64,000 nt of DNA from Candidatus Babeliales bacterium (GCA_050250855.1 JBFWNW010000003.1:64001-128000); one strand, 5' to 3'; positions 28,662 through 39,484 are shown, numbered from the stretch's first letter. The notes: generated by a model from the sequence alone, not told the origin. A program made the numbers and translations.

Positions 28662-29774
28662 CTATCCCCGGCAAACCCACAATCCAGCAAAATCCTGGGT
28701 AATAACTCCCTCCAACTGCAGGTTAAAAAGAGATTCCTGCACTTCATGCAGGCTTTTACCCGTCAATTGCACCAGCTCATCAATTGCCTTAGGTTTTTTG
28801 CATGATTGTATCAAAAGCCCTTCAGGTGTTAATGGCTGAGGACTTTCGAGCTCAGGACTCACTAATGAAAGCTGCTCGCTGACCTCTTGAACCTCATCCT
28901 GTCCATACTCAACCAAAATATCCTGTGCACTAGTAACCAATTTTGCTCCCTGCTGAATAAGGCGATGGCAACCGTGGCTTAAAGGATTATTCAGTAAACC
29001 TGGCACGGCAAAAACGTCACGCCCCTGATCTAACGCACAATGTGCGGTGATTGATGCGCCACTTTTTTCGGCAGCTTGTACAACCAAGCACCCCCGAGAT
29101 AATCCTGAAATAATACGATTACGAGCAGGGAAATTTCCTGGCAACGGGTCACTCAACAAAGGAAAGGGGCTCACAACAGCCCCACCCTCTGTATATATTG
29201 TCTGAAATAAAGATTTATTCTTTGTTGGATATGGCCTCAAAAGACCTGAACCAAGTACTGCTACCGTGATACCTTTACTTGAAAGTGCTGCTTCATGAGC
29301 CATAGTATCTGCTCCAAGAGCACCGCCACTTACAATAGTCCACCCATGAGCAACTAAAGAAGGAACAATTGCTTTTATAGCTTCATGCGCATAATCATCA
29401 GCAGCACGAGATCCTACTACAGCAAACGCCTGTTCTAAACATGATAAAGTTCCTTGTGCATATAGGACAGCCGGTGGCATATGAATATGGCGCAATAATG
29501 CCGGATATGATTCATCAAACAACGTTACAATCTGTATACTATGTTTTTCAAGCAAAGCGCATTCACGCTCAAGAATAGCTTTATCCGCTAATCCTTGCAC
29601 CAAGCGCTGGGCCTGAGACATAGTAAAGCCTGCTTTCAAAAAATCATCATGCAAAAACGTATAGAGCTGCGCAAGATCCTGATTTCCAAAAAGCTCATAC
29701 AGCTTGTTTGTTAGTGTAGAGCTTAAACCGGCTATTAATGAAACGTGAAGTAGTACTAAGCGATTATCATTCAT
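28662..29774 (-). CDS. dprA: DNA processing protein DprA
   Basis: AVVGSR, IVSGGALGAD, FPARNRIISG, SGASITA. Confidence 0.95.
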   Translation of the reverse strand: MNDNRLVLLHVSLIAGLSSTLTNKLYELFGNQDLAQLYTFLHDDFLKAGFTMSQAQRLVQGLADKAILERECALLEKHSIQIVTLFDESYPALLRHIHMPPAVLYAQGTLSCLEQAFAVVGSRAADDYAHEAIKAIVPSLVAHGWTIVSGGALGADTMAHEAALSSKGITVAVLGSGLLRPYPTKNKSLFQTIYTEGGAVVSPFPLLSDPLPGNFPARNRIISGLSRGCLVVQAAEKSGASITAHCALDQGRDVFAVPGLLNNPLSHGCHRLIQQGAKLVTSAQDILVEYGQDEVQEVSEQLSLVSPELESPQPLTPEGLLIQSCKKPKAIDELVQLTGKSLHEVQESLFNLQLEGVITQDFAGLWVCRG

Positions 29775-29777
29775 ACG

Positions 29778-32411
29778 TTAAAACATCAACATTTCATCAT
29801 CGTAAGCATCAGGCTGAGGATCTTTATATTCAGTATCTTGATCGCCATAAGGAATATCAAAAATACTCATTGCCTCATCATCATGCATATCATCAGCTTT
29901 TACTGCCGCTTTAATGGGCTTATCAGCTCCACCAGAGCCACCTTCATCGCCGCCACCATTGTTACCATTGTTTTCTTCGACAAATGCAGCTACCGTTGCT
30001 AAGCGTTGATCATCATCTAAGCGTATAAGGCGAACGCCTTTTGCTTGACGACCCATGGTACGAATTTCTTGCGGAGAAAGGCGAATCATTTTTCCAGCAG
30101 TATCAATGAGCAATACATTTGAATCATCAGAAACTGCTGCAAGACCGATAACAAAACCATTACGCTCATCAACTGGAATAGTACGTACACCATAGCCGCC
30201 ACGATGCGCTACGCGGAAATCTTCTGCTTTCACACGTTTTCCGTAACCACGCTCAGTAGCAAAAAGAATATCTTCTTCACCGGTAACAACTTCCATACCA
30301 ACGACAGAATCTTTTGAACGCAAACGAATTCCCATGACACCAGAGGCTTGACGGCCCATTTGACGCACTTCAGTTTCTTTAAAGCGGATACCTTGTCCCT
30401 TTGCTGTCGCTATAACAATAGTATCGGAGCCAGAGCTGAGTGCACAGAATACAAGCTCATCACCTTCACGCAATGTAACAGCACGAATACCGGAACTACG
30501 AATTTTTTCAAATAAGGTAGCATCCATGCGCTTGATAATACCATCGCGCGACAACATAACAAGCGATTTGCCCGCTAAATCACGCGCACAGAGTAATTTA
30601 ACAACTTTTTCACCTTCTGTTAATGGCAGCAAATTAACAATTGCACGGCCTTTTGCAGTACGTGAACCTTCTGGCACCTCAAAAACTTGTAAATTATAAA
30701 CGCGTCCCAAATTCGTAAAGAACAGAAGTTCATCATGATTTTTAGCAACAAAAAGATCTTGCATGATATCATCAGATTCATCTAATGACGCCATACCCAT
30801 TTTACCTTTGCCACCACGATGCTGTACGCCATATACCGTAAGTGGCACACGTTTTATGTACCCTTTTTTGGTAAGCGTTACCACAACCTCTTCATCAGGA
30901 ATTAAATCGGCTTCAGTAAGAATATCAATCGCACCTTCAATTTTGGTACGACGAGGATCGGCATAACTTTCTTTTATCTGAACGAGCTCCTTAACAATTT
31001 CTTGTTTCAGTACTTCTTTATCGCTCAGAATCAATTTTAAATAGATTATAGTTTTTTTGATTTCTTCCATTTCAGCACGGATTTTATCTTGCTCCATTGC
31101 CGTTAAACGCTGCAAGCGCATTTCTAGAATTGCTTTACATTGCTCTTGTGAAAGCAAGAATCTCTTATTAAGTTTTGTTGTTGCTTCTTCTGCTGATTTA
31201 GAAGCTTTAATAAGTGAAACTGCTTCATCAATATTATCAAGTGCAATAATAAAACCAGCTAAAAGATGTTCACGCGCATGCGCTTTATTAAGATCATACA
31301 CCGTACGACGATGAACAATTTCTTGGCGATGCATTAAGAATTCACGAATCAGCTCACGCAAAGAAAAAACATTAGGTTTATTATCAAGCAAGCCAAGCAT
31401 TAAAATAGAAATACTTGTTTGCAATGGCGTATATTTATACAGCTGATTTAAGGTAACACTTGGCATTTCTCCGCGTTTTAATTCAATAACAACGCGCATA
31501 CCCTTTTTATCTGATTCATCACGGATATTCGAAATGCTTTCAATAACTTTATTTTTTACAAGATCAGCAATTTTTACAATTAAATCTGCCTTGTTGACTT
31601 GATATGGTAATTCGGTAATAACAAGCGCATCACCTTTTTTTGATTCTTCGATATCAACAACACCGCGAACAATAACGTTACCGCGGCCAGTTCTATATGC
31701 TTTTACCACGCCAGCACGGCCACAAATTATACCGCCGGTAGGAAAATCTGGCGCAGGAATCAAAGCAAAAAGTTCATCTTCCGTCATCGCTTCATTTTGC
31801 AAGAAAGCAAGACACGCATTAATAACTTCACCAAGATTGTGAGGCGGCACCGATGTTGCCATACCAACAGCAATACCAGAAGCGCCATTAATTAAAAGAT
31901 TCGGTAATCTACTTGGTAAAATTACTGGCTCAACAGTTGATTCATCAAAATTTGGTACAAAAGGTACTGTTTCTTTATCAAGGTCTGCAAGGATTTCTTG
32001 TGAAATTCTTTGCATACGAACTTCAGTATAACGCATTGCCGCTGCGTTATCACCATCTATAGAACCCCAGTTACCTTGACCATCTAGTAATGGATAACGT
32101 TTTGAAAAATCCTGCACCATCCCAACCATAGTATTATAAACGGCTTGGTCACCATGTGGATGATATTTACCCATTACGTCCCCAACGATACGTACTGATT
32201 TGTGATATGGTCTATTATAATAAAAACCAAGTTGGTCCATGGTGTATAAAATACGCCTGTGTACCGGCTTAAGCCCATCACGAATATCAGGAATAGCACG
32301 ACTGACTACAACTGACATCGCATAATCAAGAAATGAACTTTTTAATTCATCTTCAATTAAAACAGGTTTTAAACTTCCATCATTTTTTTTAATATCATTG
32401 GCCAATGCCAT
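29778..32411 (-). CDS. gyrA: DNA gyrase subunit A
   Basis: DGLKPVHRR, YHPHGD, AAMRYTE, GyrA-box QHRGGKG, acidic tail. Confidence 0.97.
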   Translation of the reverse strand: MALANDIKKNDGSLKPVLIEDELKSSFLDYAMSVVVSRAIPDIRDGLKPVHRRILYTMDQLGFYYNRPYHKSVRIVGDVMGKYHPHGDQAVYNTMVGMVQDFSKRYPLLDGQGNWGSIDGDNAAAMRYTEVRMQRISQEILADLDKETVPFVPNFDESTVEPVILPSRLPNLLINGASGIAVGMATSVPPHNLGEVINACLAFLQNEAMTEDELFALIPAPDFPTGGIICGRAGVVKAYRTGRGNVIVRGVVDIEESKKGDALVITELPYQVNKADLIVKIADLVKNKVIESISNIRDESDKKGMRVVIELKRGEMPSVTLNQLYKYTPLQTSISILMLGLLDNKPNVFSLRELIREFLMHRQEIVHRRTVYDLNKAHAREHLLAGFIIALDNIDEAVSLIKASKSAEEATTKLNKRFLLSQEQCKAILEMRLQRLTAMEQDKIRAEMEEIKKTIIYLKLILSDKEVLKQEIVKELVQIKESYADPRRTKIEGAIDILTEADLIPDEEVVVTLTKKGYIKRVPLTVYGVQHRGGKGKMGMASLDESDDIMQDLFVAKNHDELLFFTNLGRVYNLQVFEVPEGSRTAKGRAIVNLLPLTEGEKVVKLLCARDLAGKSLVMLSRDGIIKRMDATLFEKIRSSGIRAVTLREGDELVFCALSSGSDTIVIATAKGQGIRFKETEVRQMGRQASGVMGIRLRSKDSVVGMEVVTGEEDILFATERGYGKRVKAEDFRVAHRGGYGVRTIPVDERNGFVIGLAAVSDDSNVLLIDTAGKMIRLSPQEIRTMGRQAKGVRLIRLDDDQRLATVAAFVEENNGNNGGGDEGGSGGADKPIKAAVKADDMHDDEAMSIFDIPYGDQDTEYKDPQPDAYDDEMLMF

Positions 32412-32601
32412 TTTTTTCCCTTTGCGCAATTTTTTTATGAAATCACACTGCTTAAAAAAATGGAGCGACTAGAAGCAGCTTTTCATTACATTTATAGAAT
32501 ACCTTAAATTAATGTAATAAACAAGTTCACAAAAAAGCTACCCTCTTGTAATTTTTTTTACTTTTTTACTATGCTTATAAAAAACTAGAGAGGAGAACTT
32601 T

Positions 32602-33105
32602 ATGAACTTAAAATACCTATTCTTATATTTAAGCTTTTCTTGTTCACTCGTCAATATAATCCTACCCACACCACCGACTGAGACAAAGTGCTCCTACTCT
32701 CTCTTTGATTTTATTATAGGGCTGTTTACCCCTGAAGAATCAGAGAATCACAATTCAACACCTCTGCAATCCATTAATGCTCAAAAACCTTATACCTATT
32801 ATGATCTTGATGCAAAAAATACGCGACGCTATTTAAAAACACTCGTACAAGATGCACAAAAAAATACCATAACAAATGAAGAAATTGAAAAGAGATTAGA
32901 ACCTCTCATGAATTTTACGGCAAACTGGGCATTTTTACCGAGTATTCTTATGAAGATCATTATGAAAGAAGAAAATATAGAGAAATTTACCTTATTAGCT
33001 GACAGCAAAAACCCTACGGCTCAAAAGCTCAGTGCTGCCTATCGCACCACTGCTCTAAAGATTAATGAAAAACTGAAAAAGCACCAACCTATTCATTTTG
33101 ATTAA
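32602..33105 (+). CDS. Secreted hypothetical protein, possibly truncated
   Basis: AGGAG RBS; hydrophobic N-terminus. Confidence 0.65.
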   Translation: MNLKYLFLYLSFSCSLVNIILPTPPTETKCSYSLFDFIIGLFTPEESENHNSTPLQSINAQKPYTYYDLDAKNTRRYLKTLVQDAQKNTITNEEIEKRLEPLMNFTANWAFLPSILMKIIMKEENIEKFTLLADSKNPTAQKLSAAYRTTALKINEKLKKHQPIHFD

Positions 33106-33155
33106 GTAACAGAAACTCCTTGCTGAATTAAAAAATTTTATATACATTCTTGTGA

Positions 33156-33515
33156 AATATAAAAAATATCTCATCCGATGCCAAAGCGTCTCATAAGTTT
33201 ATACAAAAATTTCCATCAAACGAAGATATTGATGTAATAAAAAGTGTTCTATCTCATAAGGAACGTCATTATTTTAATAAAATTGAAAAAAAGGCAAAAA
33301 AATACAACCTCATACAACAATACTTACCCGCTCGTAAAAAAGAAAGATGTGCATATCTCATAGCAATTGCCAAATCTCCTCAAAAATGCTTAGCTTTTTT
33401 AGAACAATTTAAAACCACAAAAGAGCTAAAGCTTATAAAAAGCATGCTATCTAAAAAAGAACAAAAATTATTTGAAAAAATTGAACAACAAGCAAAACAA
33501 GCAGCACAACTATAG
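33156..33515 (+). pseudogene. Start-less open frame with an internal repeat; probable 3' remnant of the upstream gene
   Basis: 119 sense codons; IKSVLSHKERHYFNKIEKKAK ~ IKSMLSKKEQKLFEKIEQQAK. Confidence 0.55.
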
Positions 33516-33528
33516 CACAAACTAGATT

Positions 33529-33561
33529 AGGGCTTAGAGATTATCTGTTTTTCTAAGCCCT
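33529..33561 (+). terminator. Stem-loop, probable terminator
   Basis: AGGGCTTAGA...TCTAAGCCCT inverted repeat. Confidence 0.55.
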
Positions 33562-33688
33562 CTATAAAAAATAATCTACCTAGCCTCTTTTCCCATCTTG
33601 TCCAATCAAACGATACCCTTCATAAATTCTGGCACTATGCTATACTCTCTAGTACATACCTAATCCTTTACTAAATAAAGATATAATC

Positions 33689-35512
33689 ATGAGTTTTAAA
33701 AAGAATCTTGCCAATTTCACCCCTGATAAAATTAGAAATTTCTCTATTATTGCCCATATTGACCATGGTAAGTCAACCCTTTCAGATAGACTACTGGAAA
33801 CAACCGGCACATTAACAGATCGCACCAAAGCTGACCAGTTTTTAGACAAACTCCAGGTTGAAAAAGAACGCGGCATCACCGTAAAAGCACAAACTGCTTC
33901 CATGGTGTACACCTACAATGGCCACGATTACCTCCTTAATTTAATTGACACTCCGGGACATGTAGATTTTAGCTATGAAGTTTCTCGTTCTTTATACGCC
34001 TGCCAAGGAGCTTTATTGCTTACTGATGCATCCCAAGGCGTTGAAGCACAAACAATGGCAAACTTCTTTTTGGCATTCGAACAAGATTTAACTATCATTC
34101 CTGTTATTAATAAAATCGATTTACCAACGGCTGACGCTGAAAAAGTTCAGAAAGAGCTGAAATCTCTTTTTGATTTTTCTCCTGAAGAAACAGTACTTGC
34201 TTCTGCTAAAGCTGGCTTAGGTATTGATGACATTTTACAAGCTATTATTAAACGCATTCCAGCACCACAAGGAAGTACTGAAAAACCACTCAAGGCTCTT
34301 CTTTTTGACTCGTGGTATGATGAATATAAAGGTGTTATGTGTCTTATCGCCCTTGAAGATGGTGCATTAAAAAAAGGTGATAGCGTTAGCCTTGCACAAA
34401 CTGGTGAAAGTTATGAAGTTTTAGAACTCGGCCTTATGTACCCTAATGAAACCCCAACTGATGAACTCTATGCAGGTCAAGTAGGTTACGTGGTGACCGG
34501 TATGAAAACCGTTAAAGAAGCACGCGTTGGAGATACCATGTTTCACACCAAACAACCAGTCAAACCATTTCCTGGTTTTAAACCGGCAAAACCGATGGTT
34601 TTTGCAGGAATTTATCCTATTGATAACTCTGAATTTGAGCAACTGCGTACGGCAATAGAAAAACTAACGCTTAATGATGCCAGTGTAACGGTAGAAAAAA
34701 AGTCATCTACTGCTTTAGGTTTAGGTTTTCGTTGTGGCTTTTTAGGCCTTTTGCATATGGAAGTATTTAAACAACGCCTTGAGCAAGAATATGATATTAC
34801 CGCCATTGTTACCGCACCAAGTGTGCTCTATAAAATAAAAATTAAAAATTCTGAAGAAATTTTAAATGTGGAAAGCCCTTCAGACTTTCCCGATCCTAAT
34901 ATTATAGAAGAAATACGCGAGCCTATGATTAATGCCACCATAATTCTACCAAAAGAATATTTGGGGGCCATTTTAAAATTATGCCAAGAAAAGCGTGGTC
35001 AACAAAAGGATATGCGTTTCTTGACTGAAGATCGTGTTATTTTAAATTACCTTTTGCCGTTAACGGAAGTTGCTACCGATTTTTATGATCAATTAAAATC
35101 GATCAGTTCAGGGTATGCAAGCTTTGACTATGAAGAATCTGGCTACCAGCCTTCAGATTTAGTCAAGATGGATATTCTGCTCAATGGTAAACCAATTGAT
35201 GCACTTTCTTTAATTGTTCATAGAGATAAGGCGTATTATATCGGCCGCGAATTGGTAGAACGCCTTAAAAACGTTATAAAAAAGCAACTTTTTGAAGTTG
35301 TGATTCAAGCTGCTATCGGTTCAAAAATCATTGCCCGCGAAACAATTTCTGCTTACCGCAAGCAGGTAATTGCTAAATGTTATGGTGGTGATATTACCCG
35401 AAAACGTAAGCTTTTAGAAAAGCAAAAAGAAGGTAAAAAGAAGATGAAGCAGCTTGGTTCTGTTGAAGTTCCGCATGATGCTTTCTTGGCAATCCTCAAG
35501 AAAACTGAATAA
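33689..35512 (+). CDS. lepA: Elongation factor 4 (LepA)
   Basis: IRNFSIIAHIDHGKSTL, KCYGGDITRKRKLLEKQKEGKK. Confidence 0.98.
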   Translation: MSFKKNLANFTPDKIRNFSIIAHIDHGKSTLSDRLLETTGTLTDRTKADQFLDKLQVEKERGITVKAQTASMVYTYNGHDYLLNLIDTPGHVDFSYEVSRSLYACQGALLLTDASQGVEAQTMANFFLAFEQDLTIIPVINKIDLPTADAEKVQKELKSLFDFSPEETVLASAKAGLGIDDILQAIIKRIPAPQGSTEKPLKALLFDSWYDEYKGVMCLIALEDGALKKGDSVSLAQTGESYEVLELGLMYPNETPTDELYAGQVGYVVTGMKTVKEARVGDTMFHTKQPVKPFPGFKPAKPMVFAGIYPIDNSEFEQLRTAIEKLTLNDASVTVEKKSSTALGLGFRCGFLGLLHMEVFKQRLEQEYDITAIVTAPSVLYKIKIKNSEEILNVESPSDFPDPNIIEEIREPMINATIILPKEYLGAILKLCQEKRGQQKDMRFLTEDRVILNYLLPLTEVATDFYDQLKSISSGYASFDYEESGYQPSDLVKMDILLNGKPIDALSLIVHRDKAYYIGRELVERLKNVIKKQLFEVVIQAAIGSKIIARETISAYRKQVIAKCYGGDITRKRKLLEKQKEGKKKMKQLGSVEVPHDAFLAILKKTE

Positions 35513-35594
35513 GCTCGATTCTTGAAAAAAAGAATGCATATTGTTTACACTAAAAAAAAGAGCCTCGGCACAAACGTTAACATGTGGAGAAATC

Positions 35595-36707
35595 ATGGCA
35601 GAATCTGAGAATAAACAAGGTAGCTTGGTGCTCAACCAACCCTTGGAATTTTCTGGTAATATTTTTATCTATTACGCCTTTGATATAGGTGATGATATCA
35701 ATTTGGAAAAAATTGAAACCTTACCAGGAATTATTGCGCGCCCTTTAAAGATCTCTAAACATTTTAAGGGATACCATGTTCCTCTTGCCATTGATTTACC
35801 GCATCCTCATTCAAGCTCTCGTTGCATAGGGGTAAAAATCTATAATTTTGGTGTTATATCCCTTATTTATCAAATACCATTTTCTCAGACAACCCTCTTG
35901 AATTTAAGAACTAATTTAAGTTTACTTGATTCTGAATTTAGCGAACAAAGTGTTGAAGATGCGCATTCTGTCTTCAAACAAATAAAAAATCATATAAAAC
36001 AAGCGCGTTTTTTCCATTTACGCACCTCATACTTTGTAGTCCAAGTTGATCAACAGCCAGAACTTGTTACCGTTTCTGACCTTAAAAAGAATAATGGTGG
36101 CGTTATAGCTTCTTTACTTAGATTTGAAACAGAAAGTTTATCTGAGTACCAGAAAAATGAAATTCTAGATTCTGCTATGGGGTATTATCGTGGGGATTTA
36201 ATTATTATCGATACTGATAGCGCCTTCGTTTACGATGATGAATATACAGAAATTTTGGACCTCTTTGAGTTTGCTAATATTCAGCATGTTGAGCTACAAT
36301 ATTATGACCGCGTCCTTGATCAGCAGCTTAATAAAGTATATCAACGCGAGCTAGGAGCTCCAGCACTCAAATCTTATATTCCTCTGCTGAGTATTTTCAC
36401 TAAAGATCCCGTTACCGCATTAGGACTCTTGCGCGTAGAAATTTCTGTTATTATTGAGCGCTTGGAAAGCACGTTAAAAGCAACTGCTGAAGCTTACGTT
36501 ACTGAAACCTATGATTTATTGGCAGAAAAGCTTGAGCTGAAAAGCTGGAAAGATTCTATTGATAAAAAATTAGAAATTATCAAAGATATTTATCAAGTTC
36601 ATCAAAATAAGATCGATGTTAACAAAGAAGATTTACTCTCTGTGCTGATTATTATTCTTATTTTCATTGAGCTCATTATTGGTATTTTGAGTTATATGAA
36701 GGGATAA
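35595..36707 (+). CDS. Conserved hypothetical membrane protein, RMD1/DUF155-like
   Basis: E.ANIQ..EL.YYD..LD helical region; C-terminal TM (LIIILIFIELI); GGAG before ATG 35595. Confidence 0.55.
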   Translation: MAESENKQGSLVLNQPLEFSGNIFIYYAFDIGDDINLEKIETLPGIIARPLKISKHFKGYHVPLAIDLPHPHSSSRCIGVKIYNFGVISLIYQIPFSQTTLLNLRTNLSLLDSEFSEQSVEDAHSVFKQIKNHIKQARFFHLRTSYFVVQVDQQPELVTVSDLKKNNGGVIASLLRFETESLSEYQKNEILDSAMGYYRGDLIIIDTDSAFVYDDEYTEILDLFEFANIQHVELQYYDRVLDQQLNKVYQRELGAPALKSYIPLLSIFTKDPVTALGLLRVEISVIIERLESTLKATAEAYVTETYDLLAEKLELKSWKDSIDKKLEIIKDIYQVHQNKIDVNKEDLLSVLIIILIFIELIIGILSYMKG

Positions 36708-36732
36708 AAATAATCTTTAAAAAAGGAGAACC

Positions 36733-37506
36733 ATGAATAAACTTTCAATACTTGTAGGTGCCTGCTTTGTATGCACTGCATACTCTAGTGAGCTCTCTAA
36801 TGAGTTATCGCAGCTTAATCAGCAGCTTACGCAGCTTACTGAGCAACTCGAAGATATAGAGATGGCTCCTCTTAGGGAAGAAATAATGCCATTTATTTTT
36901 CAAAAACAACCAATCCCGCAAGAGCTCATAACTAAAATCAAAAATACTGGTCTTTACAATGAACTCGAGATCGCTCTTTTAGAGGGAAACACGCAAACTG
37001 TTAAAGATCTTATTGCAAAAACACCAACCATGGTTAATACACCAGGTGATAAAGGCGGAACACCCTTAATGCTTGCAGCAGTATTAGGTAATCTAGAAAT
37101 GGTCAATTTGCTCATTGCAAACAAGGCTGACGTTAATGCTACAAGTGGGGATGGCATGACAGCATTACTGGCGGCTACTTGGCTAAATCATAATGATATA
37201 GTTAAGATTCTTCTTACTGCAGGCGCAGACCCTAATATACAATCTGGGGGCATGACAGCATTACTGGTAGCAAGCTTCACGATAAACCTTGAAGGAGTTA
37301 AAACTCTTCTTGAGCATAACGCCGACCCTTCCCTAAAAAACAACAATGAATATACAGCTCTTGATCTTGTGCAAGATGATGCTACAAAGCAAAAAAAGGA
37401 ACTAACAAATATGGGGCTACCTGCAGAAGAAGTAGAAAAAAGAATACAAAACAAACCAGAAATAATTAAGCTCTTGCAAGAAGCTCTGCAAAAGCACCAG
37501 AAATAA
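36733..37506 (+). CDS. Secreted ankyrin repeat protein with N-terminal heptad helix
   Basis: Signal peptide; LSQLNQQLTQLTEQL; GTPLMLAA repeats. Confidence 0.88.
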   Translation: MNKLSILVGACFVCTAYSSELSNELSQLNQQLTQLTEQLEDIEMAPLREEIMPFIFQKQPIPQELITKIKNTGLYNELEIALLEGNTQTVKDLIAKTPTMVNTPGDKGGTPLMLAAVLGNLEMVNLLIANKADVNATSGDGMTALLAATWLNHNDIVKILLTAGADPNIQSGGMTALLVASFTINLEGVKTLLEHNADPSLKNNNEYTALDLVQDDATKQKKELTNMGLPAEEVEKRIQNKPEIIKLLQEALQKHQK

Positions 37507-37509
37507 TTA

Positions 37510-37532
37510 GAGGGCCCTTTGGGGCCCTTCTT
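37510..37532. terminator. Stem-loop between convergent genes
   Basis: GAGGGCCC-TTTG-GGGCCCTT. Confidence 0.6.
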
Positions 37533-37537
37533 ATAAT

Positions 37538-38053
37538 CTAATAAGCAACCGCCACTTTTGCAGGACGCAGAACTTGGCCATTCAAAAGATACCCTTTTTG
37601 CAATACCTCAACAATGGTTCCTGGCTGGCGGCCTTCTGCTTGCACCTGCATAACTGCTTCATGAAGTTCAGGATCAAAGGTTGTACCCGCTTGAATTTCT
37701 GAAACGCCATGTTTTTCTAAAAACTTATAAAGCTCTTTTGCTATCATTGAAACGCCTTGGCGCAACGTTTGGCACGTAGCATCTTCTTGTTCACTCTCTA
37801 ATGCTCTTTCAAGGTTATCAATAATAGGTAAAAGATCGTATAAAATATCCGTTTTTACCATTCTATTCAGGTGAGCGCTATCCTTTTCTATCCTTTTTTT
37901 GTAATTCTGCAAATCAGCAATAGAACGCATATATTTATCTTTCCATTCTGCTGATTCTTGCTCACATTTTTTTAACGCTTCCTGAGCATCGGCTTGCTGG
38001 CCTTGCGCTTGCATTGCCACTTCTTCTGAAATATTTTTTTCTTGATTTTGCAT
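37538..38053 (-). CDS. grpE: Nucleotide exchange factor GrpE
   Basis: AD..NYKKR, LLPIIDNLERAL, FDPELHEAV, QKGY.L...VLRPAKV. Confidence 0.96.
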   Translation of the reverse strand: MQNQEKNISEEVAMQAQGQQADAQEALKKCEQESAEWKDKYMRSIADLQNYKKRIEKDSAHLNRMVKTDILYDLLPIIDNLERALESEQEDATCQTLRQGVSMIAKELYKFLEKHGVSEIQAGTTFDPELHEAVMQVQAEGRQPGTIVEVLQKGYLLNGQVLRPAKVAVAY

Positions 38054-38221
38054 GTAAAACCTCAAGTAGTCTGCTTTTTAATTAATCTATATCTGTTTTT
38101 TTTAGTATACCATATGGGCATGCGCTGACAACCAAATAACAACCTTTACTTGCCCAGAAAGAAAAAGTCGTTGTACACTAGAAAGAAAATTTATCTCATC
38201 TTCCCGTCAAAAAGGTATAGC

Positions 38222-39484
38222 ATGAAGCGTTTTAAAATTTTTTTAATATTGACAGCAACAATCCAGATTTCGTTGGCCATAGACAATCCTCATTTCTATA
38301 GAGCGCTCTACTTTTGGGGTGAACCACGCCTTGAATTTCCATGGCTTGCCAGCTTTGATATTTCTTTAGGAGGTGGCAATACCCATACAGCACGTAATAG
38401 TAATGGCAAAAAAACACCGCTTTTGAATATCTATGGGCCGCACAATATGCACAAACTTGGTGCTGATGTTCCTGGCTTGAATCCTGCAAATCCTTTAGAT
38501 GCTATTCTTATAAATCTTGATGCCATTCCAGATCGTCCAGGATTTGGGCAGCTTTTATTTTCTGGTAAATTTCAGATTATTGAAAGCTATTTAAATGTTT
38601 ATCAAAACTTAATCAATGGCTTTTTCTTACAGGCAAATATACCCATTCGTAAATTAAAAATAACCCAAATCGCGTATGAAGATCTTTCGCCCGATGATAC
38701 AATATTTCCTAATAAAAATACCCCTGTTTGGCAGGAATTCTTAGCAAATTTTAATGCTATTTTGAACCAATTTGACCTCAAACTTAAAGGCGCTGACCGC
38801 ACTGACGTTGGCGATTTAGCCATTCTTGGCGGATGGACAACTAATTATGAAAACACTAAACATCTTGATTATATTGATGTTACGGCAAAATTGGGAGTGC
38901 TCTTTCCAACAGGAAAACGAAAAAAGCTCTCAAGACCCTTTGATATTCCTCAAGGATATGATGGATTTTATGGAGTTCCCTTAAAATTTGATATTTCTCT
39001 GGGTGCTCTTGAATGGTTAACGCTCGGATCGCACCTTGGTGCGCTTTTTTTTATTGAACGAGGCAGTAAAAATATCCGCATGAGAACCAATGAACAACAA
39101 AATGGTTTTATTAAACTTACGTATGGTGATGCAAAAATTGACCAGGGAACCATTTGGGATTATTCGGGTTATATTAAAGCAGATCATGTTATACGCGGAC
39201 TTTCTTTCCTGTGCGGCTATTCCTACAACAAAAAAGATCGCGATTGCTTAGAACCAAAAAACAGTATGGTCTTTGATCCCCTTGTTGTCAATAAAGATCG
39301 GGAATATCTAAGCTGGCGCATGCATACCATGCATTTTATTATTGAATATGATTTTGCCCAAAAGCCAACCCAGCCTGGTTTGCGGATAGCATTTTTCCAC
39401 AACCGCATTGTTGGCGGCAAACGTATTTTTGATACCAATGTTTACGCGATAAATACTGGTGTTGATGTGGTATGGTGTTTTTAA
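38222..39484 (+). CDS. Secreted putative beta-barrel protein, distant paralogue of 19041 and 56072
   Basis: Signal peptide; VGDL.ILGGW, GVLFPTG motifs; ends VDVVWCF. Confidence 0.65.
   Translation: MKRFKIFLILTATIQISLAIDNPHFYRALYFWGEPRLEFPWLASFDISLGGGNTHTARNSNGKKTPLLNIYGPHNMHKLGADVPGLNPANPLDAILINLDAIPDRPGFGQLLFSGKFQIIESYLNVYQNLINGFFLQANIPIRKLKITQIAYEDLSPDDTIFPNKNTPVWQEFLANFNAILNQFDLKLKGADRTDVGDLAILGGWTTNYENTKHLDYIDVTAKLGVLFPTGKRKKLSRPFDIPQGYDGFYGVPLKFDISLGALEWLTLGSHLGALFFIERGSKNIRMRTNEQQNGFIKLTYGDAKIDQGTIWDYSGYIKADHVIRGLSFLCGYSYNKKDRDCLEPKNSMVFDPLVVNKDREYLSWRMHTMHFIIEYDFAQKPTQPGLRIAFFHNRIVGGKRIFDTNVYAINTGVDVVWCF

Noticed and set aside
29778..29970. Gly/Asn-rich and acidic C-terminal tail of GyrA
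   Set aside because: Acidic disordered tails are a normal GyrA feature
33103..33155. Stop-codon recoding or programmed readthrough linking 32602 to the downstream frame
   Set aside because: Would need a frameshift plus bypass of both TAA and TGA; other genes use TGA as a normal stop, so decay is more parsimonious
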